DNA from: Gemmatimonadota bacterium
GTDB lineage: Bacteria; Gemmatimonadota; Gemmatimonadetes; Gemmatimonadales; Gemmatimonadaceae
Direction: 5' to 3'
DNA: 47,009 bases
Assembly (NCBI GenBank): GCA_040389905.1
Contig: JAZJZK010000045.1
Span: 1 to 47,009 of the forward strand
Shown: in pieces, positions 44,753 to 47,009 of the stretch
Position numbering within the stretch: the stretch's first letter is position 1
Layout: every line of letters starts with the position of its first letter
Program-made: the position numbers and the translations under genes
The notes under the pieces: model-generated
Database searches by the model: none
Seen by the model: only the letters and a program-made list of their open reading frames with translations
What the model was told of the DNA's origin: nothing

Positions 44753-45496
44753 ATGGCAAGTACCGAGTTCAAGCTGCTCGGCGCATTCGAAACGCACGAC
44801 GAGAGAGAGATCCGGGCAATTCTCGACAAGGGCTTCGACGTCGCGTCGCTCATCAAGGGCAAGACGGTCGCGAATTCGCTCATCGAGATGTACGCGAGGT
44901 CGGACGATTTTCCCGCGTGTTTACGTCTGCTGTTGGAGCGTGGTGCCACGCTGGACGATCCACTCATCGAGCCCGTTCTCCTCGACGACGCCGACGCGCT
45001 GGCCGCGGCACTCGCAGCAAATCCATCGCTCATTGAGCATCGGACCTCGCTGTTCTCGACGTTCACTCCACTCGTGGGTGCGTCGCTACTCCACGTCGCC
45101 GCGGAATACGGTCACCTGCGTACCGCGCGGGTGCTCCTGGACAACGGAGCCGACGTGGACGCACGCGCCGCATTCGACGAGCATGGTTTCAACGGTCACA
45201 CGCCGCTGTTTCACACGGTGAACTCCGCGTGGAATCGGTCGGCGCCGATCATGGAGTTGCTACTCGAGGCCGGCGCCGCGCCGGACATTCACCTCCAGGG
45301 CATTACCTGGGGCAAGGGATTCGAGTGGGAGACCACGTGCTTCGACGTCACCCCTATTTCGTACGCGCAAATGGGTCTACTGCCCCAGATGCAACGCGCG
45401 GAGCGGGAGATCTACCTGAATATCGAGCGACTCCTCCGGGCGTCGGGCCGAAGCGTTCCATCGCTCAATGTTCCGAATCGTTACCTCAGCGCATGA
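44753..45496 (+). CDS. Ankyrin-repeat protein
   Basis: SLLHVAAEYG....RVLLDNGADVDA; HTPLFH...ELLLEAGA. Confidence 0.85.
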   Translation: MASTEFKLLGAFETHDEREIRAILDKGFDVASLIKGKTVANSLIEMYARSDDFPACLRLLLERGATLDDPLIEPVLLDDADALAAALAANPSLIEHRTSLFSTFTPLVGASLLHVAAEYGHLRTARVLLDNGADVDARAAFDEHGFNGHTPLFHTVNSAWNRSAPIMELLLEAGAAPDIHLQGITWGKGFEWETTCFDVTPISYAQMGLLPQMQRAEREIYLNIERLLRASGRSVPSLNVPNRYLSA

Positions 45497-45503
45497 GTTG
45501 AGG

Positions 45504-46097
45504 ATGCGTACACGGCTCCTCATGACCGCATTCGCATTGGCGGTCGGGTGCACGCAAGCTGATCGCAAGACAAGAACCTCCGACTCATCACAGATGGCGG
45601 CAGTGCGTGCATGTGGTGGCGACAGCAGCCTGCTCGATGGAGATCACGCCGGCGCGCTGCGGCTCGGAATGCCACTGGATTCAGCCATGGCGCTCTGTCC
45701 CTCGGCCCGTGACACCGTCACGCTCGATGAAGGTGAGCGGGTGCGGGTCCTCTCGAACAGCGACCGTGGTGATACCCTGGTCGTTCGAATAGTCTCGGAC
45801 AGAATCCATTCGATCATCGTGCGATCGCGTCGATTCCATACGAACGATTCGTTGCGCGCCGGCACACCCGTCGCGCGTCTCTTGTCCATTCCCGCTCTTA
45901 CCGGTGGTGCCGGGGAAGGCGCGTTCTACGTCTGGAGCGACGACAAATCGGTGTGCGGCATGAGCTTTCGACTCGACGATCGAACGGCGGACGCCATGTT
46001 TAGAATCCGTCACGTCACACGACGTACGCTCGAGCCCTTCGCGGGAGCTGGTTACGTGACGGCCATCCTCGTCCGCGGGTGTCCGCCGACGCGTTGA
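45504..46097 (+). CDS. Hypothetical lipoprotein
   Basis: MRTRLLMTAFALAVGC lipobox; GAGG before ATG 45504. Confidence 0.65.
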   Translation: MRTRLLMTAFALAVGCTQADRKTRTSDSSQMAAVRACGGDSSLLDGDHAGALRLGMPLDSAMALCPSARDTVTLDEGERVRVLSNSDRGDTLVVRIVSDRIHSIIVRSRRFHTNDSLRAGTPVARLLSIPALTGGAGEGAFYVWSDDKSVCGMSFRLDDRTADAMFRIRHVTRRTLEPFAGAGYVTAILVRGCPPTR

Positions 46098-46112
46098 GAG
46101 CTGGCGTACGTC

Positions 46113-46718
46113 CTACGCGACCGCTTTCGCCGCACTGCGCCTCTTCGCACGTTCGAAGATCGCGCCACCGAGCTTCGCGATGCCGAGGACAACGCCAACG
46201 AGAATGAGCAGAGGGAGTGCGGTGCGCAGCACGACCTCGCTCCACCCTGATCGGCCGAGTGCTGCGGGCGGCGCACTTGACTCCAACGCACGGAGCATTG
46301 CGTTCGCCTCGCGCGAGCTCGCGGGTCGCGACGCCCCGACCGCGGTTCGCGGAAAGCGCGTAAATGCCGGTTCACCGTTCCGGTCGAATCCCACCACGAC
46401 GCCTGCACCGAGGTGATCGCCGGTCGCCGCAATATTCAGGACCCAGACGCCTTCGTCGCCCCACGTCTTGTTGACGGTGTAGCCATTGGGCTTCTCCGTC
46501 AGCGTAAAGGTCAGCGGCACCGAGCGTCGCTCGCCATTCACGAGACCCTCAGCCGTTCCCGTGAGTGGTAGGGGCAGGGGATCACCGTGATGGAGCGTCC
46601 TGATGAGCATGAAGCCGGGGAAGTTTGGCCGGAACTCGACGGTCAACCAGGGCGGGCCGGCCTGCGCGGGGGTTGCGAAGGCGAGGGTGAGGGCGAGGGC
46701 GAGAAGGAGGCGGCGCAT
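46113..46718 (-). CDS. Secreted hypothetical protein with C-terminal membrane anchor
   Basis: MRRLLLALAL...PAQA signal peptide, GPPWLTVE start of mature protein, C-terminal TM plus basic tail; GGAG RBS. Confidence 0.72.
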   Translation of the reverse strand: MRRLLLALALTLAFATPAQAGPPWLTVEFRPNFPGFMLIRTLHHGDPLPLPLTGTAEGLVNGERRSVPLTFTLTEKPNGYTVNKTWGDEGVWVLNIAATGDHLGAGVVVGFDRNGEPAFTRFPRTAVGASRPASSREANAMLRALESSAPPAALGRSGWSEVVLRTALPLLILVGVVLGIAKLGGAIFERAKRRSAAKAVA

Positions 46719-47009
46719 CGGAGCTCCAGGTGGGGGCACAGATGAGATGCGCGGGAACGGGCAGGGGTTTAGATGCTCCTGGCGCGCCGGCATCAGGACG
46801 TGCCAGCTGGAATGGAGTCGCTGGACGGCGCCTGCTGACCTGGGCGATTGATGATCCCGCGAATCGAGCCTGAATGAAGATGCGATCGGAGCCCTCTCTG
46901 CCAGAGTCGGCCACAATACCTATTGTGCAACCGCCCGTATCAGGATTTTCATTCTTGGGTCTTCTCCCGATCGAGTGGGTACTTCAGCCCCTTTTCAGAG
47001 CTCCGGAAG

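Noticed and set aside
46719..47009. Possible gene or ECF-type promoter at the right edge
   Set aside because: No supportable ORF; the TAAACC...CATCT match on the minus strand is a single short instance.

Overview
High-GC window, probably from Gemmatimonadota. That assignment is inferred from SusC/SusD genes in high-GC DNA, a Minf_1886-nnr-thiL-plsC block and 'plug-only' secreted proteins. The left ~29 kb is a Bacteroidota-style polysaccharide utilisation locus, most consistent with (glucurono)xylan. It holds two tandem susC-susD pairs, GH3, a GPH-family MFS importer, GH10, a FadR/GntR regulator, two 'barrel-less SusC' proteins, a plug-like domain fused to GH115, GH43, an aldo-keto reductase, aldose 1-epimerase, an RCC1-repeat lipoprotein and a ROK (XylR-like) repressor. 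Regulatory sites can be read directly from the DNA: three paralogous sigma70 promoters, four WTTGTTW-N7-WAACAAW operators (one just upstream of the ROK gene itself) and a second GTCATCTTATC motif. The right part has housekeeping genes (nnr, thiL, plsC), a Sel1-repeat/ABC transporter operon, a tandem pair of QueC-like PP-loop proteins, a PQQ/cytochrome c dehydrogenase and ankyrin or hypothetical proteins. Several families of intergenic palindromic repeats are present. No rRNA, tRNA, CRISPR array or transposase was seen. All calls come from motif recognition by eye; no searches were run.
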